In this document: piece after piece, positions 40,201 to 50,900 of the stretch | Layout of the letters: each line of letters begins with the position of its first letter | Numbering within the stretch: position 1 is the stretch's first letter | Origin: a virus | Taxonomy: Duplodnaviria; Caudoviricetes | Length of the DNA: 64,000 nucleotides | IMG/VR virus record: IMGVR_UViG_3300026077_000001 | Strand: one strand, 5' to 3' | The notes under the pieces: model-generated | The model's database searches: none | The model's input: the letters and a program-made list of their open reading frames with translations, nothing else | What the model was told of the DNA's origin: nothing | Program-made: the position numbers and the translations under genes

Positions 40201-43200
40201 TGGTATAGATTATTCTGCCATTCCAAGTATTAAATTTAATGGTGAAACTAGAGAACTTAGAGATGTTCTTGACTTCAGACCTGCTGTAACTCCAGTTCTA
40301 TCTGGTTCAGGTACTGTTGGATCACCATACTATGTTAACTGTGCTAGTTTAGACTTTAAAGATAGAGGATTCTCATCTGGTGGTGTTGCAAATAACGCTA
40401 CTATTATTGACATTCCTAAGCCAGAGTCTGACTTCCGTTGTGATTATGACTATTATGTCGGTAGAATTGATAAAGTATTCTTAAGTGATCAACAACAATT
40501 TAAGGTAATAAAAGGTATTCCTGGTGAGGGTGATGATATTCCTGCAAATATTGATAATGCAATGTTACTTGCAACTCTGTATCACGAACCTTATGGTTAT
40601 GGTCCAGAAGGAGTACACATTGTAAGAGAGAATAACAGACGATTCACTATGCGTGATATCGGTTTGATGGAAAGAAGGATTGATAATTTAGAATATTATA
40701 CTGCATTGAACTTACTTGAAATGGAAACTGCATCTCTATCTGTTAAAGATAGTGATGGATTTGATAAGTTTAAGAATGGTTTCCTTGTAGATGACTTTAC
40801 TTCGTTTGATTCAGCAGCAACAACTCACGAAGACTTTGCTTGTGCTGTATCTTTCTCAGAAGGTAAGTTACGTGCTTCTCATTATACTACTAACGTAGCA
40901 CTACAATATACTGAGAGTGGATCTAGTGGAGTTAAATATCACGAGGTAGGTACTCTAACTCTTCCATATGAGGAGATTACATTTATTGTTCAACCATATT
41001 GTTCACGTGTTGAGAATGTAAACCCATTCAACGTGTTTGCTTATATTGGTAGATTGGATCTATATCCATCATCTGATGACTGGGTAGATACACGTCGTGC
41101 ACCTGATAAAGTTGTAAACCTAGAAGGTGACTTTACTGCACAGGTTCAACGTTTTGGAGGAGATACAAACACAGGTTTAGTTCCAACTCAATGGAACTCT
41201 TGGAGAACTAACTGGACTTCTAGTTCTAGTAGAACTGATAGTCAGACTATGAGAAGAGGTCACTGGCCATATATTAGAAGAATTACTACAACTACTACTA
41301 ACAATACTAGGTCACAGACACGTTCTGGTATTAGAACTGTAATTACTCCACGTATTGACCGTCAGTCATTGGGAGATAAGACGATTGAAAGAACAGTAGT
41401 TCCATTCATTCGTTCTAGAAACATTGCATTTAAGATCCAACGTCTTAAGCCTAATACAAGATTCTATGCTTTCATCGATAACGTAGATGTAAACTTCTAC
41501 ACTACACCAAGATTGATTGAGGTTATTAAGGATCCAGTTGATGATAATCGTACTAACAATACACCATTTGTTACTGGTGAGCAGGTTATTGGTCAGACAT
41601 CTGGTTGTAGATTAAAACTTGTAAGTCCTGAAACAGGATTTGATGATGGACTATCACCTTATGATCAGAGTGAACTACCAACATCTTATGCATCTACCAC
41701 ACCATTACTCAACATTGATACTCAAACAATGTCTGAGACAGTTGCTGGTGAATATTATGGTAACCCATTAGAGACTGAAATCCTTGTAGGACAAACCTCT
41801 GGTGCTCGTGCAGTTGTTAAGACTAAGCGTTTGATTGCAAATACTAACGGTGATATGGAAGGTATTATGTGGATACCGAATCCTGCTGTATCTACCAACC
41901 CAAGGTTTGCTACAGGTACACGTGTTGTACGTTTAACAACATCTGAAAATGACTCTAGGATTCCTGGTCAGGTTGATTCTTCTGCATCAAATACTTACGT
42001 TGCATCTGGTGTTATTGAAACTAAGCAACAAACAATCCTTGCTGTTAGAAATGCTGATGTTGTAAGAGACACAGTTGTATCTGACAGGATTGTTAATGAC
42101 AACTCTACATCAACCAGAGACACAGGTTGGTATGACCCTCTTGCTCAGTCATTCTTGGTTGAGTCTAAAGGTGGTGCATTCTTAACAAGTGCTGATCTAT
42201 TCTTTAACACAAAAGATAACAGAATTCCTGTATCGATACAGGTTAGGGAGATGGCAAATGGATATCCAACTACTAAGGTTCTTGCTTTCTCTGACGTTAC
42301 TCTTCTACCTTCACAGATTAATCTATCTGAGAATGGTACAGTTCTTACTAAGTTCTCATTCCCATCACCAATTTATGTTAGAGAAAACAGAGAATATTGT
42401 TTAGTTGTTCTTTCTGACTCTAATGAATATAAACTCTGGATCTCCAGAATGGGTGAAGATGATGTTACTAACGATAGAACGATCTCTGAACAGCCATATG
42501 CAGGTGTTCTATTCAAATCACAGAACGCATCTACTTGGACTGCTGACCAGTATGAGGATCTTAAGTTCAATCTTTATAAAGCAGAGTTTGCTCAGAATAC
42601 ATCTGGTACTGCTGTCTTTAATAATACAGAATTAGCAATAGGTAACGGTGGTATTGCTGAACTACGTAGCAACCCAATTAAGACTTTAAAACCTGAAATT
42701 AAAATCATTCTTTCCGATCACCAAGCAAACTTTACTATCGGTGCTGAACTTCAACAGACTGATACTTCACCTGTTCCTTCTGCTATTATCAGACAGGTTG
42801 TACAAGGTGTACAGGGTTCATCTAACGCATACATCATTGTTGATGACGTAAATGGAACCTTCAGAGAAGGTGTACAGTCTGGTGCTAACTGGATTTACAG
42901 ATTAGTATCTTCAAGATCACTTGCTGATCTAACACTAACTGGTGTTACAGGTACATTCAATCCTGATGACACATTAACAAACGGTACTGGTGCAACTGCT
43001 ATGGTTACCGCTTGGAACTCAGGTACTGGTGTTGTTGGTGTTAAGTCTGTAACAGGAACATTTGCTGTTGGTGATGCTATTACTCAGGATACTGATGGAT
43101 CTACAACTGGTTCTGGTACTATCGCATCTGGTGGTGTAACTCTAAGTGGAGATGATATTAACGATTATCCTGCTGCTCCTATCTCATACTTCAACCAAGC

Positions 43201-44488
43201 AACTGAGATTACAGTTGCACACGCAAACCATTGTATGCACGATACAGGTAACAACGTTAAGATTGATGGTGTAACTTCAGAAGTTGCTCCTACAATTATT
43301 GACTCTGCATATCATACAAATGGTATCACTGCATCTGATGGTGTATCAGGTACATTCTCATTACACGTTAACGATGCTTCAGCATTCCATACAACTATTA
43401 ATGGTGCTATTGTAGGAACAAGTAATCCAGGTTATTTAATTATTCGTGACCCTGAAGTTGGTCAAAGACATTATGAAATCATTGAATATAGTGCAGTATC
43501 TGCTGATGGTAAGATCATTACACTACCTTCTGGATCTCGTGGTAAAGCAGGTACATCTGCTTTAGTACATAGTTCACTCAGTTATATTGAGTGCTATAAC
43601 CTTGATGGTATTCCTCTTGTAGAAATTAACAAGTTACATACTGCAATTGGTTCACCAACCTTAGATTCTTATAAGGTTGCAGTTACATCTGTATCTACTA
43701 ATGGTATTACCAGTGGTGGAAGTAATGTTACTGCAACTCAGAACGTTCAATTCGAACAGTTCTATCCTCAGTTACAGATGAATATCTTCCCAGAAACAGA
43801 TATCATTCCTCGTTTGAATGCTGTTTCTGCTACATCCATTAAGGATGGTAATAATATTGATGAAGCATCATTCATTAATGATGGTGTTTATCTTGACTGT
43901 ATCGCTAATGAAGATAACTATCTAACCTTCCCTAAACTTGTTTGTTCTAAGGTTAATGAAGATGCTAAGTTAAGTGGTTCTAAATCACTTACTATGAGAC
44001 TCTTGTTATCAACAGCGAATAAGAACATCAGTCCTATTGTTGATACTGATCGTTGTTCAATCATTACAACATCTAATAGAATTAACCAGATTTCTGCTGC
44101 CAATTCTGGTGCAGAGAAGAATACAGGTGATCTAAATGATGCTGTTTATATTACTAAGGTCGTCAATCTTCTACAACCTGCTAATACATTGAAGGTTATG
44201 TTTGAAGGTTGGAGACATCCTGATACAGAGATTCACGTTATGTACCGTATTCAACCAATAGGTACCTCTCTCGCATTTGATGAGATAGGTTATACATATT
44301 TTAACGGTAATGGATTGGAAGATAAGTCAGTTCAAAAGACTGAAGCATTCTTACTAAGAGATCTAGAATACACTTATAGCGGTGCTGAGTTTAACGTAGC
44401 ACAGGTTAAAGTTATTATGACCTCTAGGAATCAATCTTATGTTCCTGAAATTAAGAACCTTCGAGTAATGGCATTAAGTGACCTCTAA
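37274..44488 (+). CDS. DUF4815 / VrlC-like large virion structural protein (2404 aa)
   Basis: N-terminus PYFDDFD...FYRVLFRPG.PIQARELT.MQS..QNQ; APGGHR; RTFDESGDY; FKNGFLVDDF; PLAQSF; LFKSQN.STW. Confidence 0.85.
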   Translation: MPQNTNLNISPYFDDFDKANNFYRVLFRPGYPIQARELTTMQSLMQNQVESFGSHMFKDGSMVIPGQIGYDLDAKAVILQGSFLGADVEQYREQLDGKIISGLTTGVKAKILFSIPATTSERGYITLYVKYLTSGGTDSTESTFVDNEQLICESEITYGSSLIEIGTPFSQLLPTNSTAVGSTASITQGVYFIRGYFVDVVDQTIILDQYANSPSYRVGLEIFESIVTPEDDPGLNDNATGTSNYSAPGGHRFRIRTSLVKKVIDDDTDKNFIELLRINNSQIETFVERTAYNEMARELARRTFDESGDYTVRDFDIRIREHRNDGINGGVYLPGQTSPDGIASSEAHFVTEVGPGKAYVRGYESETLVPTYVDLEKSRSTVALQNSIIPFEIGNFFLGNNVKGSPIINGNNITENYQVIEFRDIAPAYNLTASGNIIGYGRVAAFEYHNGTTVNAQATIFKAYVFDLQPLTLMKFSSNVTLAQGHVIRGRSSRAKAFVEADYNGVDLIKVYQVYGTFRDGEVIERDGVEIGTLTDYYKYEITDAKGITGKDPDTNAIIFAMDLLLDQETVISGTNFNVNGNPGGTLTGTQSNFTLDIRPGDVLTVNGVDELQITPISIVSTNIDNQITSATSANYGGNAGPISNADYGFIVRRRPQLYNSELADLMIEMPKASIKSIADESAIVARTFDDITVTGANDFTISLPADEQFLAYDKDHYQLVSLAPTAGTVIDMEASHSFNTTGTPRTSLTVTGLTGVTTARLITSVSKNQAEKKLKNATEMEVMKVERTANSSDNIKYGLTYGSLYGTRIEDEEISLGSTDVYHIHAVYESNDDQAAVIPHLTMQDATIFNNGTIIEGQTSKAKARVVEFNSVSYVCHFVYENDNRFTLGETISGFDANNNVITGLVNDADNSINNGSRNITDNFYLDPNQLGHYYDIGKLIRYSSANAPLRKVKIVFNRFTHEATGDYFAAQSYVGIDYSAIPSIKFNGETRELRDVLDFRPAVTPVLSGSGTVGSPYYVNCASLDFKDRGFSSGGVANNATIIDIPKPESDFRCDYDYYVGRIDKVFLSDQQQFKVIKGIPGEGDDIPANIDNAMLLATLYHEPYGYGPEGVHIVRENNRRFTMRDIGLMERRIDNLEYYTALNLLEMETASLSVKDSDGFDKFKNGFLVDDFTSFDSAATTHEDFACAVSFSEGKLRASHYTTNVALQYTESGSSGVKYHEVGTLTLPYEEITFIVQPYCSRVENVNPFNVFAYIGRLDLYPSSDDWVDTRRAPDKVVNLEGDFTAQVQRFGGDTNTGLVPTQWNSWRTNWTSSSSRTDSQTMRRGHWPYIRRITTTTTNNTRSQTRSGIRTVITPRIDRQSLGDKTIERTVVPFIRSRNIAFKIQRLKPNTRFYAFIDNVDVNFYTTPRLIEVIKDPVDDNRTNNTPFVTGEQVIGQTSGCRLKLVSPETGFDDGLSPYDQSELPTSYASTTPLLNIDTQTMSETVAGEYYGNPLETEILVGQTSGARAVVKTKRLIANTNGDMEGIMWIPNPAVSTNPRFATGTRVVRLTTSENDSRIPGQVDSSASNTYVASGVIETKQQTILAVRNADVVRDTVVSDRIVNDNSTSTRDTGWYDPLAQSFLVESKGGAFLTSADLFFNTKDNRIPVSIQVREMANGYPTTKVLAFSDVTLLPSQINLSENGTVLTKFSFPSPIYVRENREYCLVVLSDSNEYKLWISRMGEDDVTNDRTISEQPYAGVLFKSQNASTWTADQYEDLKFNLYKAEFAQNTSGTAVFNNTELAIGNGGIAELRSNPIKTLKPEIKIILSDHQANFTIGAELQQTDTSPVPSAIIRQVVQGVQGSSNAYIIVDDVNGTFREGVQSGANWIYRLVSSRSLADLTLTGVTGTFNPDDTLTNGTGATAMVTAWNSGTGVVGVKSVTGTFAVGDAITQDTDGSTTGSGTIASGGVTLSGDDINDYPAAPISYFNQATEITVAHANHCMHDTGNNVKIDGVTSEVAPTIIDSAYHTNGITASDGVSGTFSLHVNDASAFHTTINGAIVGTSNPGYLIIRDPEVGQRHYEIIEYSAVSADGKIITLPSGSRGKAGTSALVHSSLSYIECYNLDGIPLVEINKLHTAIGSPTLDSYKVAVTSVSTNGITSGGSNVTATQNVQFEQFYPQLQMNIFPETDIIPRLNAVSATSIKDGNNIDEASFINDGVYLDCIANEDNYLTFPKLVCSKVNEDAKLSGSKSLTMRLLLSTANKNISPIVDTDRCSIITTSNRINQISAANSGAEKNTGDLNDAVYITKVVNLLQPANTLKVMFEGWRHPDTEIHVMYRIQPIGTSLAFDEIGYTYFNGNGLEDKSVQKTEAFLLRDLEYTYSGAEFNVAQVKVIMTSRNQSYVPEIKNLRVMALSDL

Positions 44489-44702
44489 TAGATACCTACA
44501 CGTAAAGAATAGACCTGATTTAGTTCGGGATACACGCTCTGGTGCGGTACTAAATACAAAGGAGACACCCCCTGGCACTGCTGCTAAAGCACGTAGGAAA
44601 AGGGATGCATCATTAGACACTATGAAAAGTGAACTTGATGTGCTAAAATCTGAGATATCAGAGATTAAATCCTTACTTATTAACTTGGAGAACAAATTAT
44701 GA
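44478..44702 (+). CDS. Small protein with C-terminal coiled coil
   Basis: 74 aa, GTG start overlapping the upstream stop; LVRD..SGAVLN then heptads. Confidence 0.7.
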   Translation: MTSNRYLHVKNRPDLVRDTRSGAVLNTKETPPGTAAKARRKRDASLDTMKSELDVLKSEISEIKSLLINLENKL

Positions 44703-44908
44703 CTGCCGATGTACCTGAAACTGTCGATCAGGAGAAACTCTTGCAAGACTTTAAGGATCGCTTGAGCAAAATGGTCGAAGAGAACCAACAAATGGCTCAA
44801 CAGATCAGAAAGAATGAACAACAAGCATTAAAACTGCAAGGAGCAATTGAAACTCTAGAGTATATACTCAAACCAAACGAAACAGTGGACGAGGTTTCAA
44901 CTGAATAA
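44699..44908 (+). CDS. Small coiled-coil protein
   Basis: 69 aa, ATGA overlap with the upstream gene; ends LKLQGAIETLEY. Confidence 0.7.
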   Translation: MTADVPETVDQEKLLQDFKDRLSKMVEENQQMAQQIRKNEQQALKLQGAIETLEYILKPNETVDEVSTE

Positions 44909-44913
44909 TATTC

Positions 44914-44940
44914 AAAGAGACCGCAAGGTCTCTTTTTATT
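44914..44940 (+). terminator. Rho-independent terminator with GCAA tetraloop
   Basis: AAAGAGACC-GCAA-GGTCTCTTT followed by TTATT. Confidence 0.85.
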
Positions 44941-44945
44941 TGGGT

Positions 44946-44953
44946 TATAAATA
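44946..44953 (+). promoter_or_regulatory. T4 late promoter consensus TATAAATA
   Basis: Exact consensus just after the terminator and upstream of the fiber gene. Confidence 0.8.
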
Positions 44954-44995
44954 TCTTGAGAGGCTTATTGTCCGTGCAGATTAGAGACCTAACCA

Positions 44996-47900
44996 ATGGC
45001 AAATAGATTACAATTACGACGTGATGGAGCTCAGCAGTGGGCTAACATCAACCCAATTCTTGCCCAGGGTGAACTTGGTATTGAGATCGATACTTCACGT
45101 ATCAAAATTGGTGATGGAGTTACCCCTTGGAATAGTTTAAGATATGAACGACCGCTAGAGACAGAATCAAACGCTGCTAATACACTTGTTAAAAGAGACG
45201 CTGATGGTAACTTCCAAGCAGGTGCTGTCACTGCGACTCTTATCGGTAATGCCTCTACCTCTACACGTCTTGCTAATGCACGTCAGATTCAACTCTCTGG
45301 ACAAGTAACTGGATCAGGATCTTTTGATGGATCTCAGAACTTAGATCTTACTACTGATCTATCTCTAATCACAACTCTTCCACATTATGATCCCAATAAT
45401 CCAAATGCTGATGCACTCTATACTAGAGTCAGAGTTAACTCTCAAGGTAGGGTTATTGGTGCTGAGCTTGCATCTACTCTGGCAAACTATGGTATTACTG
45501 ATGCCCAGCCCCTTGACGATGAATTATCCGCAATTGCTGGCTTAACAACTCTAGGTCTTCTTACACGTACCTCTGTTGGTAATGTACAGACTAGACAGTT
45601 AACTGGTGGTGCAGGAAGAATTATATTTACAGTACCTGATGGTAGTACACAGAACCCATTCATTGACCTTGCTGATACTCAGGTTGTTGTTGGTTCATAT
45701 AACGTACCTTCATTAACTTCTATTGCTGGTGCTGGTAGTAATGGTGAACCATACAGTACAGAGACTGTTAATGCTACTAGAATTGATGTTGATAGATACG
45801 GTCGTATAACAACATTAGAAAACCTTCCTATTGCTACTGCAACAGAAGGATCTAAGTATGCTAGTTATGATGCTGCTACAGTATATCCTAGATATTCTAT
45901 CTTAGAAGCAAACTCTAAGGTATATCAATCAATCCAAGAAGTTGCTGCTGGTGGTGGAGAACCATCACATACATCTGGTACTGTAGGTGGATGGAGATTC
46001 TGCAATAATACTTCTGTAGAGCAGAAAGGTCTTGCATCATTCGCACAAGAAGATTTTGACGTTGACGCAAATGGTCACGTAACCATTGCTGCAATGGGTG
46101 TTGATAACACTCAATTACAGAATAATCAAATTAAGTTTACTGATCGTACTTCAGTACAAACTTTTGAATTAGACAACGAACATACTGCTGCTACTGCACA
46201 CAATGGTCTTGACTATCTAAATTATATTCATATCAATGACAGCTCTGGCAATCTTCTCTTTAGTGCTAATAACACCGATAATACTAATGCTGGTGGAGTT
46301 GACATTAATGTTGACACTAATATTAGTGGTGCGTCTATCAAGTTAGATAGACCTGGTAGTAGTCCATTACAAACTATTGAAAGGACTGCTGGTTCACTTA
46401 AGATCCATCACAATGTAAACTCTGCTACTGATAGGACTCTGGATATTGTTTCAGAGAACGCAGGTGCAGGTACTGCTTCTATTAACATCACAGCAGACGA
46501 AGATATTACAATCTCTGCTACTAATGTAGCTAATAGAGTTAATATCGAAGGATTCCAATTCCAAGATGATACTTTAAGTAGCACTGCTGCTACTATGATC
46601 TTGGATCCAGGTGATGATGACACTGCATCTGGTACACTTCAAGTTCGTGGTAACTTGCAAGTAGATGGTACTACAACTACCGTCAATTCAACAATTGTAA
46701 CAATCGACGATCCTATATTTGTACTTGGTGGGGACACAGCTCCAGGTTCAGATGATAGTAAGGATCGTGGTATAGAATTTTCCTATTATGACACACAAGC
46801 ACGAGTCGGGTTCTTCGGATGGGACGAGGATTACGCAAACGCTAACCTATGGTCTGGCACTGGTGGGTTTAGGTTCCTCTTCAACGCCACTAACACCAAT
46901 GAAGTTTTCACTGGTACTGACGCTGCTCTCATTGCTGGCAACCTCAGCCTCACAACCAACACAGGATCAACGTCCACGACTACTGGGACTCTGGTAGTAA
47001 CTGGTGGTGTTGGTGTTTCTGAAAATGTATTTGTAGGTGGTACTACAACTATTTCAGGACAAACAGAAGTTAATAATAATGTAATTATAAAAGCAGACAA
47101 TAAAGAGTTTGCAATACAAAATAATGCAGGTGTCGATAAGTTTACAGTAGATACTGATAACGGTAATACAGTTATTGAAGGTACTGCTGATATTCAATTA
47201 GAGACTACTGTTACTGATAATTTATTTGTACAAGCCGATGCTAAAGAATTTGCAGTTAAGAACGCTAGTGGGAGCACTCAGTTTGTTGTCGATTCCGACA
47301 ATGGCAATACAGTTACTGAGGGGACGCTTAACGTTAAGCAAGGCGTTGATTTTGACACGACACTCAATGTTGATGGTAAAACAGACCTTAACGCAAACGT
47401 TGAAATAGATGGTGTCACAACATCACATAATGATATTATCATTGATACAACTGGTAAGACACTTAAGTTAAATAATGGATCTGCTGACAGGTTCGTTGTT
47501 TCAAGTACATCTGGTAACACAGATATTGAAGGTACTTTAAATGTAGCAAGTCTTATTCACTTTGAATCATCAGACACACCTACAATTACCACTGATGGTA
47601 GTAACAACTATGTAATTGGTTCTACTGACTACGGTGCTTTACGAGTAGATGGTGGTGGTTATGTTGCAGGTGATGTTTTATTTGCTAGTGACTTATATGT
47701 TAACGGTACTATTAATGAGAGAGACTTAGGTGCTACTGAAACATTCAACACACAGAACTACTTAAGAGTAAGATATAAATTCAGAACTGGTGTTACATCA
47801 GCTAAGACACCATCATTCGCACAGGATAATGATTCTAACTTCAGATCATTTGGTGGTGCAGGTATTGCTACTGATCTTCATATTGGTGACAACCTATACG

Positions 47901-50900
47901 TTGGTAAGAAAGCTACCACAGATAACATTGAGTTCCGTGTTAACAACGTAGGTAACACTGAGATTGGACGTAATGGTGCTGGTACTAATGCTGCTGGTAC
48001 ATTAACCGTTCACGGTGATGCAACATTTAATCGTGAAGTTAATATCACTGGATCTCAAACCACTATTGGTGACGCTACAGGCGATGCTTTAACCGTTGAA
48101 GCAACATCTCAATTTAATTCCCCTGTAACTCTTGCTGCTGGACAAGATTTGAATGTAGGTGGATCCGCTACTGTAGAAGGAGACCTCACAGTTAACGGTA
48201 CTACAACAACATTTAATACAACTGTTACTCAGTTAGATGACCCTGTGATGACACTGGGTGGAGATACTGCTCCAGTATCAGATGACAATAAAGACCGTGG
48301 TATAGAATTCAGATACTATAGTGGTTCTGCTAAGATTGGATTCTTTGGATGGGATGATTCAGCATCTAGATTCGCTGTTTATGACAATGCTACTAATAGT
48401 TCTGAAGTATTCTCTGGTACTCGCTCAGGTATTGATGCAGGTAGCGTTAAGCTTTTTGATACAACTAATGCAACTACTGCTTCAAGTGGTGCTCTCATCG
48501 TTGGGGGTGGTGCTGGTATTGGTCTTGATCTTTATGTAGGTGATGATCTCGTAGTAACCGATGATGGATCATTTGGTGGTGACGTAGATATCACAGGTAC
48601 TTTAGATGTAACAAATGATTTTGCAGTTAATAATAATAAGTTTAACGTTACTGCTGCCACAGGTAACACTGCAGTAGCAGGTACTTTAGGTGTCTCTGGT
48701 ATTTCAACACTATCTTCTTCAGTCAATATAACTGGATCTGGATCTAATTTAACAGTTAGTGGTACTGGTACCATCCTTGGAGATTTTGATATTAACGCTA
48801 CTAAGTTTACAGTTGCTGCTGCCACAGGTAACACAGTAATTGATGGAACCTTAGACGTAGATGAAGCAACAAATGTCACATCAACACTTGGTGTTACTGG
48901 AAATATTACTAACACAAGCACAACACAGGCAGGAGTTACAGGCACCTTTGCTAATGATGGTGCATTAAGACTATCTGGTGGTGCTTCTATTACTAAGAAC
49001 GCTGCTGTTGGTGGAATACTTAGAGTTTATGGTAACTCACAATTAGATGGAACTCTTGATGTAGAAGGTGTAACTAACTTCGTTGAAGTTGTTCGTGCAA
49101 ATAGTACTGAAGATTCTGTCAGTGCTTCAGACAATACTGCATCTCTATACACTGCTGGTGGTTTAGCAGTAACTAAGAAAATTTGGATTGGAGATGATCT
49201 TGATGTAGGTGCTGGAACATTTACAGTTGATGGTCCTACAGGTAACACTGCAGTCTCAGGAACACTTAATGTAACTCAAGCATCTAACTTTGCTGGTATA
49301 ACAGCATCTGGTGTTGCTGCACTTCAATCAACCTTGAACCTAACTGGTTCATTGAACATTAATAGTACTAAGTTCAACGTTGCTGCTGCAACTGGTAACG
49401 TTACCACTGCTGGTACTCTAGGAGTAACTAACGCAGTTGACTTCGATTCAACTCTAAACGTTGATGGTAATGCAGACTTCAATGCTGGTATTGATGTAAC
49501 AGCAGGTAATGCAACCTTTGCTGGTCTTGTACAAGCAGATAACGTAACTGATTCTACTGGGTACACTGATGCTTCTGCATCTATATCCACAGATGGTGGT
49601 CTATCAGTTGCTAAGAAAGCATACGTTGGTGGTGACTTATCTGTTGGTGGTGCTGCTGGAATTAAAGCATCTATCACTGCTGCATCTGGTAACACAGATA
49701 TCAAAGGAACACTTAATGTTGATGACGCTGTAACCTTCGGTGGAACTCTTGGAGTCACAGGTCAAATCACAGGTGATGTAACTGGTGATCTAACAGGTAA
49801 TGCTGATACTGCAACTCAGGTAGCAGTTACTAACACTAACAATAACACTCTGTTCTACCCTGCATTTATGGGTGCGAACACTGGTAATACTGGTGTATTT
49901 ACTGACTCTGCTAACCTTACCTACAACCCATTCTCTAACACTCTATCTGTAACTAACTTCCTATCTACCACGAACTTTGAAGTTCAAGGTAATATGAACA
50001 TTACTGGAACCATCACTTATGGTCAGTCACAGGTTGGTAGTATTGCTAACCACGATACTGATGATCTAACAGAAGGTTCTACTAATCTTTACTACACTGA
50101 TGAGCGTGTAGATGACAGAGTTAATAATCTATTCGTTGCTGGTGCAGGACTTACAAAGACTTATGATGACGCTGCTAATTCATATACCCTTGCTCTTGAC
50201 TTCAGTGAGTATGACACAGATGATGTAACTGAAGGATCATCAAATCTGTTCACCACTGCAGCTCGAACGAGAACTCACTTTACCTACGGAACGGGTATAG
50301 AGTTATCGGGTGGTGGACAACTATCTGTCACACAGGCAGATATAGACACAGATAATGTAACCGAAGGTTCAACTAATCTGTTTACCACTGCTGCTAGAAC
50401 ACGTACTCATTTTACATATGGAACAGGTATTACACATTCTAGTGGTACTCTTTCTGTTACTCAATCAGACATTGACACAGATAATATCACAGAAGGATCA
50501 ACAAACCTCTTCACCACTGCTGCAAGAACTCGTGGACACATTTCAGTCGATGGATCACTAGGTTATAATTCTTCCACTGGTGTTATTTCATACACTACAC
50601 CAACTACTATTGCATCTCTATCTAATCACGATACGGATGATGTAGCAGAAGGATCAAATCTATATTATACAGATGCTAGAGCAGACGCACGTATCGCTGC
50701 TGCTGACACTGGAGATCTTACAGAAGGATCTAATCTGTATTACACAGATGCTAGAGCACGTGCTGCTATCTCTGAGAACAGCACACAACTAGCATACAAC
50801 TCCACCACTGGTGTATTGACATATACTCAGGGTGATACTGATACAGTTGGAGAAGGATCAACCAATTTATACTTCACTAACGCTCGTGCTGATGCTCGTG

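Noticed and set aside
44550-44556. CTAAATA late-promoter-like motif
   Set aside because: It is inside a coding region. The hexamer is common in AT-rich DNA, so only motifs near gene starts were accepted.
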